Positions 26,010 to 35,055 of a stretch of DNA of 64,000 nt are shown here, one piece after another (positions within the stretch are counted from its first letter, which is position 1; every line of letters starts with the position of its first letter). The DNA comes from an uncultured Anaerolineales bacterium. GTDB lineage: Bacteria > Chloroflexota > Anaerolineae > Anaerolineales > UBA11858. The position numbers and the translations under genes were made by a program. The stretch is taken from NCBI GenBank assembly GCA_964629085.1, contig CAZVPR010000002.1, positions 20,428 through 84,427 on the forward strand, given 5' to 3'. The notes beneath the pieces were generated by a model, which saw nothing but the letters and a program-made list of their open reading frames with translations, was not told the origin of the DNA and did no database searches.

Positions 26010-27650
26010 ATGCAAAAAACAAAAATGCTCGTTTTGGCTCTCGTACTACTCGTCAGCGGATTGGTGGCTCTCAACAACGCCCAATCCGCGGCCGCCTCAT
26101 CGCTGGCGGATATATTGGGTCAATTTACCAGCGAGGCTTGCCTCGACAATACAGCCGATGAGGGCCAGTGCAAAGATTGCTGCGACAGCCTTGATGCGGA
26201 CGGCAAAGCTCGCAAAGCCTGCCGCGATTCTTGCGCGGTACAGGATTTCGCTCAAAATATTGAATTGATCTCATTCGAAATCACATCTGTACTCGGACCT
26301 GGTGGCGACTACTCTGTTTGCTCGGCCAGCGGCGATGAACGTACCTGCAAGGATTGTTGTGACGATTCCAATTCAATAGCCGGCGGCGACCGGCGCTTTT
26401 GCCGCGATGCCTGTTCCGACGCAACCGGCGCACAGAACAACCAAAACCCCGCTCCACCCCCCGAGCAAGGACAACCACCCCAAGGTCAATCTCAAGGCCC
26501 CCGAGAAATGACTATCCAGCAAGCCATTTCCGATGAAGCCCAAATGAAGACCATCGCCTTTGACGCTTTGTCTTTCCTGACCGGAAGCTTGGGCGCCGAT
26601 TCCTTCTTCCCACCCGGAAAGGTGGCAGATTTCTGGGGTTTCCAATATTTGCGCGACAACGACCTCAGTGAGATGGGCCACAACACCGATTTCCTCACAA
26701 GTGCCGCGTTCAATATGCTGAACGTGCTGACACCTGCTCAGCGCGCCGAATTGATCGTGCTGGCCAAAAGCCAGGTGGATGAGATCAACCAGTATGGCTA
26801 CATGCGCTTCACCCTGATGGATGCTTTTCGGAGCTTGTTAGAAGGCGATCTGCCTGCTGGCACATCTGGGCTAAGCGAGGCGGCCGTCAAAGCTTACTCG
26901 TCAGATCTTTATCGCCTGGATGGTGAGATCAGCTTCGAGCGGGCGCAGGTGATGGGCAGCCTGTTGCACGCCCTGGATTCTGATCAACGCGCTTATCTGG
27001 ATGTTATGGTCGGTCAGGGTATGCTCGATTGGCCCGATGTAAATGAACCCGACGACATGCGCGGTTTGGCGCGCGATGTCAAGGTGGCCGTGATGACCTA
27101 CGCTGGCGATATGTTCAGTTGGTATGTCGGCTCTCTGGAAGCGGACGTCTACTTCTGCCCCGAGCGTCAAGGCACTTACTTCGGCGCTTTCTATATGAAA
27201 GACGCTCCAGCAGTCGGCAACCCCGGCTACAACATCGGCACCAACATCACCGCTGATTCGGGCCAGGCTTTGTTGGATACACTTAACCCAGAGCAGGCCA
27301 ATCTGATCACCAGCCTGGTGGATGTACAGCGCAGCGATCTGACTAGCATTGTGGACGTGCGCCAGCAAGTCGCAGTTGAACTGCGTAAGTTCATGGCTGG
27401 TGAATCCGCCGATTTGGCTTATGTACTCGGTCTGATGGAAAGATACGGAGAATTGGATGGCGCCATCGTTTATAACTACGCCAAGAATTTTGCCCGAGTA
27501 AAGCAGATGTTGAGCTCAGAACAACTGGCGCAATTGATGACTTTGCGAGAAGAATTACTTGGTGAGTTGATTTTCCCGTCTGGGGCTTATCTCTACTCTC
27601 AGCCCATCCCAATGCCAGAGATTGGGAATACGGACTTCTTGTTCCAATAA
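26010..27650 (+). CDS. Exported hypothetical protein with a duplicated N-terminal Cys motif
   Basis: 546 aa with a signal peptide. Two copies of C-K-D-C-C-D-x(n)-C-R-D-(S/A)-C (CKDCCDSLDADGKARKACRDSC; CKDCCDDSNSIAGGDRRFCRDAC). A Q/P/G linker is followed by a ~380-aa domain with no motif I recognise. Confidence 0.6.
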   Translation: MQKTKMLVLALVLLVSGLVALNNAQSAAASSLADILGQFTSEACLDNTADEGQCKDCCDSLDADGKARKACRDSCAVQDFAQNIELISFEITSVLGPGGDYSVCSASGDERTCKDCCDDSNSIAGGDRRFCRDACSDATGAQNNQNPAPPPEQGQPPQGQSQGPREMTIQQAISDEAQMKTIAFDALSFLTGSLGADSFFPPGKVADFWGFQYLRDNDLSEMGHNTDFLTSAAFNMLNVLTPAQRAELIVLAKSQVDEINQYGYMRFTLMDAFRSLLEGDLPAGTSGLSEAAVKAYSSDLYRLDGEISFERAQVMGSLLHALDSDQRAYLDVMVGQGMLDWPDVNEPDDMRGLARDVKVAVMTYAGDMFSWYVGSLEADVYFCPERQGTYFGAFYMKDAPAVGNPGYNIGTNITADSGQALLDTLNPEQANLITSLVDVQRSDLTSIVDVRQQVAVELRKFMAGESADLAYVLGLMERYGELDGAIVYNYAKNFARVKQMLSSEQLAQLMTLREELLGELIFPSGAYLYSQPIPMPEIGNTDFLFQ

Positions 27651-27696
27651 ACAGCTGGCAATTTGACAATTGGTTCAATTGGGGCGCAGATTACCG

Positions 27697-27735
27697 CAGG
27701 CACGCCCGCTCGCAGAGCCGCACAGCATGGCATCT
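27697..27735. repeat. 39-bp direct repeat, copy 1 (partner at 27880-27918)
   Basis: CAGGCACGCCCGCTCGCAGAGCCGCACAGCATGGCATCT matches the partner at 37 of 39 positions. It is embedded in the hairpin GGCGCAGAT (27683-27691) / ATCTGCGCC (27732-27740). Confidence 0.85.
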
Positions 27736-27879
27736 GCGCCCAAAATCAAAATGTCATTGTATAGGGTAAATAAATCAAAACTTCTCTGCCATACATCTGG
27801 CAAATTACCACAGATGAACCGGATAAATTGGATGTAAAAATAATCTGTGTTTGCCACGCTTTGCGCGCATTCTGCGGAC

Positions 27880-27918
27880 CAGGCACGCCCGCTCGCAGAG
27901 CCGCACAGCGTGGCGTCT
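27880..27918. repeat. 39-bp direct repeat, copy 2
   Basis: 37 of 39 identity with 27697-27735, same orientation, offset 183 bp. Confidence 0.85.
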
Positions 27919-28030
27919 TATTTATCTGTGGCGCATTTTTCGCACGTATCACGCAATATAATCCTCTTGTCGGTCAAATGTACGGTAGAGAAATCAAAAC
28001 TACTTAGTGGAGGGGCTGCGTTCCTGTATG

Positions 28031-29104
28031 TTATAAATTCAGCAATTCCGGTACCGGCTCATGATGCTTGGTCAATTCATGCGCCACATCATCCAGTTCT
28101 GTGTCAACAAACCAGGGGTCGACATGCACTACAATTTCAGTCAACCCTTCTATTTCATGAAATAACTTATGACGGACATCTTCTGCGACCCGATGCCCAT
28201 CAATTGTTGAAAGATTAGCATCCACTGCAATACAAACTTCGGCATGCAATTGATGGCCAACCCAGCGCATTCGCAACCGCTTCAGTTCTTTGACCTCCGC
28301 ATGATGCCCAATAACATGTTCAGCCCGATCTAAATTTTCCGGCTCAATGGCATCCATCAGACGATACCAGATTGATTTAGTGGCATCCCAGGTGATAAAC
28401 AGAATGGTAATTCCAATCAGAAACCCTATAATGGGGTCCACGATGGGAAAGCCCAACCAGGCCCCACCCGCAGCAATCAACACCGCCAGGGAGGTCAATC
28501 CATCCGTACGGGCGTGCAATCCATCAGCCATCATCGCCGCTGACCCGATGCGCCGACCCACACGAATCTGAAGGATCGCTACCAACTCATTGCCCAGGAA
28601 ACCGATCAAGGAGGCGGCTGCTACCCAACCCAGGTTAATTATCGGTTGGGGGTCGATCAGTCGTTGGAAAGATTCCCAAAACACCACCCCGGCACTGACC
28701 GCAATCGACAACACGATGAAAATCCCGGCGATATCTTCAGCTCTTCCAAAACCGTAATTGTAGCGCCGCGTAGGCAGGCGGCGCGCCAGGTAAAAGGCAA
28801 TCAGCAAGGGAATCGAATTCAACCCATCGCCAATATTGTGCGTAGTATCTGCCAGCAGAGAAACGCTGCCACTGAAATATACAATCACAATTTGCATAAT
28901 TGACGTTGCCAATAAAATCGCCAAAGCTATCCAAATCGTTCGAATCCCCTCTTGATTATTCTTGAAGGCTGTTTCAGCGGCAACGTGCCTGCGATCGTGA
29001 CTGTGGACGTGAAAGAGTGAACTTATCCTTTGGAAAAGGCCGTCCGAATGCTGGTGCTCAGCATCTCCTTGATGAGAATGATCGTGATTGTGATGGGATC
29101 CCAT
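28031..29104 (-). CDS. Cation diffusion facilitator (CDF) divalent-metal exporter with a His-rich N-terminus
   Basis: 357 aa. N-terminus MGSHHNHDHSHQGDAEHQH, six TM helices with HNIGDGLNS and DPIIG blocks, and a C-terminal cytoplasmic dimerisation domain. Confidence 0.85.
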   Translation of the reverse strand: MGSHHNHDHSHQGDAEHQHSDGLFQRISSLFHVHSHDRRHVAAETAFKNNQEGIRTIWIALAILLATSIMQIVIVYFSGSVSLLADTTHNIGDGLNSIPLLIAFYLARRLPTRRYNYGFGRAEDIAGIFIVLSIAVSAGVVFWESFQRLIDPQPIINLGWVAAASLIGFLGNELVAILQIRVGRRIGSAAMMADGLHARTDGLTSLAVLIAAGGAWLGFPIVDPIIGFLIGITILFITWDATKSIWYRLMDAIEPENLDRAEHVIGHHAEVKELKRLRMRWVGHQLHAEVCIAVDANLSTIDGHRVAEDVRHKLFHEIEGLTEIVVHVDPWFVDTELDDVAHELTKHHEPVPELLNL

Positions 29105-29115
29105 TTTGCAATCCT

Positions 29116-29766
29116 TTACAGGGGTTTGAGCCCCATGATGAAACTCAAAGAGCCATAGCGCATCTCTTTAAGTTCGATTTCGCCAAAGCCCTGCTCACTC
29201 AACATACGCTCTAGCTGTATGGCAAGCTTATTTTCACGAGTCGGGCGCCCGTGGATAAAATTGATCAGGCTAAAGCGGGTTGAATCCAATTCGATGATCG
29301 CCAACCTGCCGCCCGGTTTCAACACTCGATACACTTCAGCCACTCCTTTTAGCTTGAGTTCATTGGGGAGATGGTGAAACATCAGGCTGCTGAGCACTGC
29401 ATCGAAACTGCTATCGGAAAAAGACAGCTTTTCGATCACGCCCACGCGGAAATCCACAGATTGTTCCTTTTGAGTCGCTTTGCTTTTAGCCGCCGCGATC
29501 ATGTTTGGAGCCGGATCAATTCCGGCGACTTCCCCATTCGCGCCAACCCTTCTGGCCGCGGTCAGGGTCAGGTTGCCGGTGCCACAGCCAACATCGAGGA
29601 TATGTTCGCCCGGTTGGATTTTGGCCAGGGTCACAGCTTCTTCTCGTGCTTTTTGTTCCTTGCCCAGCGTTAGCAGATTGACAAGTTTGTCATAGAAAGG
29701 GGCCCAACTATTGATGATCCTCCCTTCCGTTTCGGGTACACCCTGAGAGTGGGGTTTTGTGTGCAT
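29116..29766 (-). CDS. Class I SAM-dependent methyltransferase (UbiE/COQ5-like)
   Basis: 216 aa. Motif I ILDVGCGTGNL, post-I GIDPAP, and motif III LKPGGRLAIIE. It lies 11 bp upstream of the CDF gene on the same strand. Confidence 0.75.
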   Translation of the reverse strand: MHTKPHSQGVPETEGRIINSWAPFYDKLVNLLTLGKEQKAREEAVTLAKIQPGEHILDVGCGTGNLTLTAARRVGANGEVAGIDPAPNMIAAAKSKATQKEQSVDFRVGVIEKLSFSDSSFDAVLSSLMFHHLPNELKLKGVAEVYRVLKPGGRLAIIELDSTRFSLINFIHGRPTRENKLAIQLERMLSEQGFGEIELKEMRYGSLSFIMGLKPL

Positions 29767-29801
29767 ATTTTTCTCCGTTTATTGTATAATTTATCAGATA
29801 A

Positions 29802-29851
29802 CGAACATAATGTTCGGTATCTAGTGTAATAATTTGCCTGACAGGTGTCAA
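29802..29851 (-). promoter_or_regulatory. Promoter of the methyltransferase-CDF operon with a palindromic operator at the start site
   Basis: Read on the minus strand: TTGACA (29851-29846), 17-nt spacer, TACACT (29828-29823). The perfect 7-1-7 palindrome CGAACAT-A-ATGTTCG (29802-29816) lies just downstream. A related site, CGTTATGTTCG, is at 29865-29875 upstream of the -35. Confidence 0.6.
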
Positions 29852-30049
29852 CAAATACTTCCTACGTTATGTTCGTTTTGGGACAATCTGGCAAAATTGT
29901 TCGGAAATTATGAGGTTTCAAATGCAATCAAGAATTGCCTCCAATGACTACCCAGAAGATTCAAATGTCGATATTTGAGACAAAATCGCCAGGATGTGGA
30001 TAATTTATAAGTGATCGCAGAATCAATTTGTCACTCTAAGATGCCCTTG

Positions 30050-30152
30050 CGAAGTATCCCCGCAGGGGGACAGGGGCAGTCGAAGGGTCGCCACAGGCGC
30101 GTCCACCAAAGGTTTGCCTCGCTGCTCATAGGGCCATCTTCGATGTGCGCGG
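30050..30152. repeat. Dispersed structured repeat family A, copy 2 (inverted relative to 6993-7075)
   Basis: The reverse complement of 30090-30152 reads CCGCGCACATCGAAGATGGCCCTATGAGCAGCGAGGCAAACCTTTGGTGGACGCGCCTGTGGC, near-identical to 7004-7066. Confidence 0.85.
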
Positions 30153-30181
30153 CTATATGCTAACCATTTGACGGAGAAACC

Positions 30182-30766
30182 ATGGAAAAAAAGAAACCCG
30201 ACCGGCGCATTCAACGCACACAGCATGCCTTGCGCAAAGCTTTGGTTGAGCTGATTTTGGAAAAGGGGTATCCCAAGGTCACCGTCCAAAACATCATCGA
30301 TCGCGCCAATGTTGGCCGGTCGACATTTTATGCTCACTTTTTAGATAAAGACGATTTATTAGTCAGCGGATTTCATGCCTGGGCCTTTGATCTCTCCCAA
30401 AACGTTGGTGATGGTCAATATTCCCGAGAAGACGATCACATCATTCACAGCCGAGATTTCTTTGAACATGCCGATCATCATCGGGATCTGTACCGGGCGA
30501 TGTTGGACAGCGGAGGTGGAGACTTGATTTTGGAGATCGGGCAAGAGCATATTCAACGTCAGATCGAGCAACATCTGCGAGAACTGCTGGGGGAGCAGGA
30601 TTTATCCATTCCGCTGCCATTTATCACGCATTATCTGGCGGGTGCCCTTTTATCTTTGATCAAATGGTGGATTCAAGAGGAGATTCCATTTGACGCGGTG
30701 CAGATGGATGCCATGTTTCAGGAAATGGCCACCCCCGGGATTCGCAATATTGTTGGGGGGCAGTGA
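30182..30766 (+). CDS. TetR/AcrR-family transcriptional regulator
   Basis: 194 aa. N-terminal HTH block RRIQRTQHALRKALVELILEKGYPKVTVQNIIDRANVGRSTFYAHF. Confidence 0.85.
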   Translation: MEKKKPDRRIQRTQHALRKALVELILEKGYPKVTVQNIIDRANVGRSTFYAHFLDKDDLLVSGFHAWAFDLSQNVGDGQYSREDDHIIHSRDFFEHADHHRDLYRAMLDSGGGDLILEIGQEHIQRQIEQHLRELLGEQDLSIPLPFITHYLAGALLSLIKWWIQEEIPFDAVQMDAMFQEMATPGIRNIVGGQ

Positions 30767-31283
30767 GGCATGAGGCGCTAACCTCAAGGGGGGCACCTGC
30801 AAACCCTAACCAGCATCAGCCTTTGGGCTTTCATGTTAGGGGCCTGGATTATCTTACAAATGCCGTCATTCTGAGTAAACCACTACGTGATTGCGCTGCT
30901 CACGCACAAAGTGCGGGAAGAAACTAGATTATGTGTCATTGCGATCCCTGAAAGGGAGCCCCTCGACACTTCCTTCGGTCGCAGGCTAAACTCCGCCGAC
31001 TGCGGCAATCTCATCCATGGGTGTTAGAGTCTGCCACGTCCCACCTTTGGCGGCTCTTCGTAGTGACATCAATGTTTGTTTCTTATTTTCGCCCACACAA
31101 TCGCCAGGGGTTGGACTCAGCATGACATTGTTTTTCCCTCAGTCATTGTGCCATGATTCCTATAAACCTAAGCGTTTCATGAGAAATCCCTGAAAGAGCA
31201 CAAAACGGCGTATCTTCATCCAAAATAGTAGGTTACACTTTAGAATAAATGACACCTGGGAAGCAGCCAAAGGAGGCAACAGC

Positions 31284-33179
31284 ATGTCGAAAGAGCAAAA
31301 ACTAGAAGGGGAAGTTTTTTACCCGGCCGAAGAGATCGTACAAAACGCCAATGTCCAAGATTACGACACCCTGTATCAATATTCCATTGATGATCCTGAA
31401 AGTTTTTGGGCCGAAAAAGCATCCGAGTTGGAATGGTATCGTCACTGGGACAAAGTTCTCGATGACAGCAAGGCCCCATTCTACAAGTGGTTTGTCGGGG
31501 CCAAAACCAACATCATTCAAAACGCCATTGATCGTCACTTGACCACCTGGCGGCGCAATAAACTGGCACTGATCTGGGAAGGTGAACCCGGAGATGTGCG
31601 CACATTTTCTTACCATGCTTTGGATCGCGAGGTCAGCAAGATGGCCAATATCCTCAAAAGCATGGGGGTTCAAAAAGGGGATATCGTCACCATTTATATG
31701 CCCCGCATTCCGGAGACCTTCTTTGCTATGCTGGCCTGTGCCAAGATCGGCGCGGGTCACAGTGTGGTGTATGGCGGCTTCAGCGTTGAGGCCCTTGCCG
31801 AGCGCATTGAGGATGCGCAAAGCCGGGTGCTGGTCACAGCCGATGGCGGCTGGCTGCGCGGCAAGATCATCGAACTGAAAAAAATCGCCGACGAGGCCAT
31901 GGCTCGCCAACCGACCATCGAAAGCTGCATCGTGGTCAAGCGTACGGAGCAAGAAATCTATATGGAAACCGGGCGTGATTACTGGTATCACGATCTGCTG
32001 GAATTGCCCATCGCCAGCCCAAAATGCGAAACCGAGCAAATGGACGCCGAAGATCTGCTCTTCATTCTCTACACATCGGGGACCACCGGCCGTCCTAAAG
32101 GCGTGCTGCACACCCACGGTGGGTATCAGGTCTACACCTACACCACGCTCACATCCGTCTTCGATATCAAAGATGAAGACCGCTGGTGGTGCGCCGCCGA
32201 CCCCGGCTGGATCACAGGGCACAGTTATATCGTCTACTCACCGCTGATCGCCGGCGCGACCAGCTTCATGTTTGAAGGTGCTGCCAATTATCCCTATCCC
32301 TACCGTTGGTGGCGCATGATCGAGAAGTACGGACTGACCATTCTTTACACCGCGCCGACCGCCATCCGCGGTTTGATGCGCTATGGCGACGCCTGGCCCC
32401 AACGATACGATCTCTCCAGTTTGCGCTTGCTCGGCAGTGTAGGAGAACCAATCAACCCCGAGGCCTGGAAATGGTATAACAAAGTGATCGGCAACGATGA
32501 ATGCCCCATTATGGACACTTGGTGGCAGACCGAAACGGGCGGTTTTGTAATCACCCCGCTGCCATCAACCCCGCTCAAACCAGGTTCCGCCACCAAACCC
32601 TTCTTCGGGCATGAAGTGGATGTCGTCGATGATGACGGCAAACCGGTCAAAGCTGGTGAGGAGGGTTACCTGGTGCTCAAACGCCCCTGGCCGGGGATGC
32701 TGCGCACCGTCTACGGCGACGATGAGCGTTATCAGCAGCAATACTGGAGCAAATTCGGGAATATGTACCAAACTGGTGACTCTGCTCGCAAAGACAAAGA
32801 CGGTTACATCTGGGTCATCGGACGTATGGACGATGTGCTCAAGGTCAGTGGCTATCGCTTGGGGACAGCCGAAGTCGAGAGCGCGCTGGTCAGCCATTCT
32901 GCCGTGGCTGAAGCCGCAGTAATCGGCCTGCCGCATGAAATCAAAGGCAACGCGGTGCACGCCTATGTGATTTTGAATGCCGGTCAAAATGGGAATGATG
33001 AATTAGCCAATGATCTGCTTGCCCACGTCCGGAAGGAGATGGGCCCCATCGCCAAACCAGAGAGCATCACATTTGTGGATAGCTTACCCAAGACTCGCAG
33101 CGGCAAAATCATGCGGCGCTTGCTCAAGGCCCAGGCCTTGGGGGAAGATGTTGGGGACACAAGCACACTCGACGAATAA
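31284..33179 (+). CDS. acs: Acetyl-CoA synthetase (AMP-forming acetate-CoA ligase)
   Basis: 631 aa. AMP-binding motif YTSGTTGRPKG, the WWQTETGG block, and C-terminal PKTRSGKIMRR with the acylation lysine. Confidence 0.9.
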   Translation: MSKEQKLEGEVFYPAEEIVQNANVQDYDTLYQYSIDDPESFWAEKASELEWYRHWDKVLDDSKAPFYKWFVGAKTNIIQNAIDRHLTTWRRNKLALIWEGEPGDVRTFSYHALDREVSKMANILKSMGVQKGDIVTIYMPRIPETFFAMLACAKIGAGHSVVYGGFSVEALAERIEDAQSRVLVTADGGWLRGKIIELKKIADEAMARQPTIESCIVVKRTEQEIYMETGRDYWYHDLLELPIASPKCETEQMDAEDLLFILYTSGTTGRPKGVLHTHGGYQVYTYTTLTSVFDIKDEDRWWCAADPGWITGHSYIVYSPLIAGATSFMFEGAANYPYPYRWWRMIEKYGLTILYTAPTAIRGLMRYGDAWPQRYDLSSLRLLGSVGEPINPEAWKWYNKVIGNDECPIMDTWWQTETGGFVITPLPSTPLKPGSATKPFFGHEVDVVDDDGKPVKAGEEGYLVLKRPWPGMLRTVYGDDERYQQQYWSKFGNMYQTGDSARKDKDGYIWVIGRMDDVLKVSGYRLGTAEVESALVSHSAVAEAAVIGLPHEIKGNAVHAYVILNAGQNGNDELANDLLAHVRKEMGPIAKPESITFVDSLPKTRSGKIMRRLLKAQALGEDVGDTSTLDE

Positions 33180-33204
33180 CAGAATCACCTTTGAGGTAAT
33201 TAGG

Positions 33205-33240
33205 AGCCGGTCTTTTGGGAAAAGACCGGCTTCTTGTTTG
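33205..33240 (+). terminator. Rho-independent terminator of acs
   Basis: Perfect 12-bp stem AGCCGGTCTTTT (33205-33216) / AAAAGACCGGCT (33220-33231) with loop GGG, followed by the T-rich TCTTGTTTG. Confidence 0.8.
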
Positions 33241-33291
33241 AGCAAGCCCTTCATAAATTACGCATATCGCATACATCAATTCCAAAAGCCT

Positions 33292-33325
33292 TCTAAACAA
33301 TTTCTGAACATGGTTTTGCTACTAT
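33292..33325 (+). promoter_or_regulatory. Activator-box promoter 2: CTAAACA-ATTT-CTGAACA plus TACTAT hexamer
   Basis: TCTAAACAATTTCTGAACA (33292-33310), 9-nt spacer TGGTTTTGC, TACTAT (33320-33325). ATG 33357 has SD AAGGAG. Confidence 0.6.
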
Positions 33326-33356
33326 TTTGGCAAGTTTATTCGTAAAGGAGCAAACC

Positions 33357-34973
33357 ATGAATATCAAAAAGAAAACTCTATTCGCAGCAATGGCATTCGT
33401 TTTTGCGATAACAGCAAGCAATCTCGTTTTTCCTCTGGTCACTGTCGTTGCCAAAACCGTCGAAGCCATACCAGAAACAGAGCCTTCAGGCGATGTTGAA
33501 ACTCAGGACGCGGCGATATTCAGTTACCCCATCGTCGACACCGGACAAGAATACTGCTACAGCGATAACGGCAGTATCCCTTGCCCGGAGGATGGACAAT
33601 CGTATTACGGCCAGGATGGTCAGGTGATCGGCAATCAAGCCCGCTACCAGGATAACGGCGACGGCACTGTGACCGACCTAGTGACCGGTTTGATGTGGCA
33701 GCAGGACCCCGGCGAAAAAATGACCTATGCCGAAGCCGCTTCCGGCGCGGACAGCTTCAGTTTGGCGGGCTACAATGATTGGAGATTACCCACCATCAAA
33801 GAGCTGTATTCGTTGATTGATTTCAGCGGCACCGATGTCAGCCGCTGTGTTGAAGAGGGCACCTGCACGGGCAACCCCTTCATCGATACTGATAATTTCG
33901 ATTTCGAATATGGGGACACCGCCGCCGGAGATCGCATCATCGACTCGCAGTGGGCTACCAGCACGATTTACGAAGGCAGTGTTATGAACGGCTCCCAGGC
34001 CATGTTCGGGGTCAACTTCGCCGATGGTCGCATCAAGGGCTACGGCACGGGAGTAGGCCGCGGCGGTCAAGCAAAAGGTTTCTTTGTGATCTACGTACGT
34101 GGGAACACGAGCTACGGAGAGAACAACTTTGCCGACAACGGCAATGGTTCGGTTACCGATAACGCTACTGGCCTGACCTGGATGCAATCCGACAGCGCCC
34201 AAGGCTTAGACTGGGAAGAAGCTCTCAATTATTGCTCGAGCCTCGACTATGCCGGGATCAGCGATTGGCGGCTGCCCAATGCTAAAGAGCTGCACAGCAT
34301 CGTCGATTACAGCCGCTCTCCAGACACAACCAACTCAGCAGCCATCGATCCAATCTTCAATGTAACTTCGATTACCAACGAAGCTGGTCAGACCGATTAC
34401 CCCGCTTTCTGGAGCAGCACGACCCACGCAAACTCCAATGGAATGACAGGCGCCGGTGTATACATCAACTTTGGTCGCTCGATGGGCAACATGAACAACA
34501 ACTGGATGGATGTGCATGGTGCTGGCGCACAACGCGCTGAAATGAAAAGCGGTGATCCCTCCATCTATTCAACCGGCCACGGGCCGCAAGGCGACGCCGT
34601 TCGGGTCTACAACTACGCTCGCTGTGTGACCGGCGGCACGACGGATGAAGTGATCACCGGCGGTGAGATCGACCCCAACGCTGTTGCCAATTCAGAATTC
34701 GCAAGTGGGTCGCCGCAGGCGCAAGCCGGTCAACAGACTGGGCAGCCCTCGGGAAATAATCTGGCCGGCGCGGCTGGCAGCAACCAGCTTTCCCAGTCCG
34801 GGCCGCCTCAGGAAGCCATTGATGCCTGCACCGGTTTGAGCGCAGGCGCCACTTGCTCCGTAGGCCCTGGCAGTGGAACCTGTGAGAATATCCAGAATCA
34901 ACTAGTTTGTGTGCCGGAAGGCGGCCCTCCGGGAGGAGGGCAGGGTCCACCCCAAGGAGGTGGGCAGCCATAA
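33357..34973 (+). CDS. Exported DUF1566 (Lcl C-terminal domain) protein ending in the 4-Cys module
   Basis: ATG 33357 is preferred (SD AAGGAG). Signal peptide. Two DUF1566 blocks (TGLMWQQD...DWRLPTIKELYSL; TGLTWMQSD...DWRLPNAKELHSI). A Q/G/N linker is followed by PPQEAIDACTGLSAGATCSVGPGSGTCENIQNQLVCVPE. Confidence 0.75.
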   Translation: MNIKKKTLFAAMAFVFAITASNLVFPLVTVVAKTVEAIPETEPSGDVETQDAAIFSYPIVDTGQEYCYSDNGSIPCPEDGQSYYGQDGQVIGNQARYQDNGDGTVTDLVTGLMWQQDPGEKMTYAEAASGADSFSLAGYNDWRLPTIKELYSLIDFSGTDVSRCVEEGTCTGNPFIDTDNFDFEYGDTAAGDRIIDSQWATSTIYEGSVMNGSQAMFGVNFADGRIKGYGTGVGRGGQAKGFFVIYVRGNTSYGENNFADNGNGSVTDNATGLTWMQSDSAQGLDWEEALNYCSSLDYAGISDWRLPNAKELHSIVDYSRSPDTTNSAAIDPIFNVTSITNEAGQTDYPAFWSSTTHANSNGMTGAGVYINFGRSMGNMNNNWMDVHGAGAQRAEMKSGDPSIYSTGHGPQGDAVRVYNYARCVTGGTTDEVITGGEIDPNAVANSEFASGSPQAQAGQQTGQPSGNNLAGAAGSNQLSQSGPPQEAIDACTGLSAGATCSVGPGSGTCENIQNQLVCVPEGGPPGGGQGPPQGGGQP

Positions 34974-34974
34974 A

Positions 34975-35038
34975 CCCTCACCCCTTCTCGCTTGCGCTTG
35001 ACTCCCTTCTCCCAATGGGAGAGGGGCTGGGGTGAGGG
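34975..35038. repeat. Dispersed hairpin repeat family B, copy 2 (intercistronic)
   Basis: CCCTCACCCC (34975-34984) and GGGGTGAGGG (35029-35038) are exact reverse complements. The interior CCAATGGGAGAGGGGC is shared with 7321-7394. Confidence 0.85.
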
Positions 35039-35055
35039 CAAAAAAGGAGCTTGTC

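Noticed and set aside
27697-27918. Possible CRISPR array
   Set aside because: There are only two repeat copies, 183 bp apart, with partially similar spacer sequence and no cas genes. This is not a CRISPR architecture.
30767-31283. Possible riboswitch or small RNA in the 517-bp gap upstream of acs
   Set aside because: The gap is filled with fragments of common hairpin repeat families (GTCATTCTGAG..., GTCATTGCGA...GCGGCAATCTC, CCACCTTTGGCGG). No riboswitch core motif was recognised.
31302-32222. 306-aa ORF antisense to acs
   Set aside because: It lies fully inside the well-supported acs gene on the opposite strand. Its composition is Gly/Ala/Pro/Arg-rich and it has no motif or start context. 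This is a typical shadow ORF.
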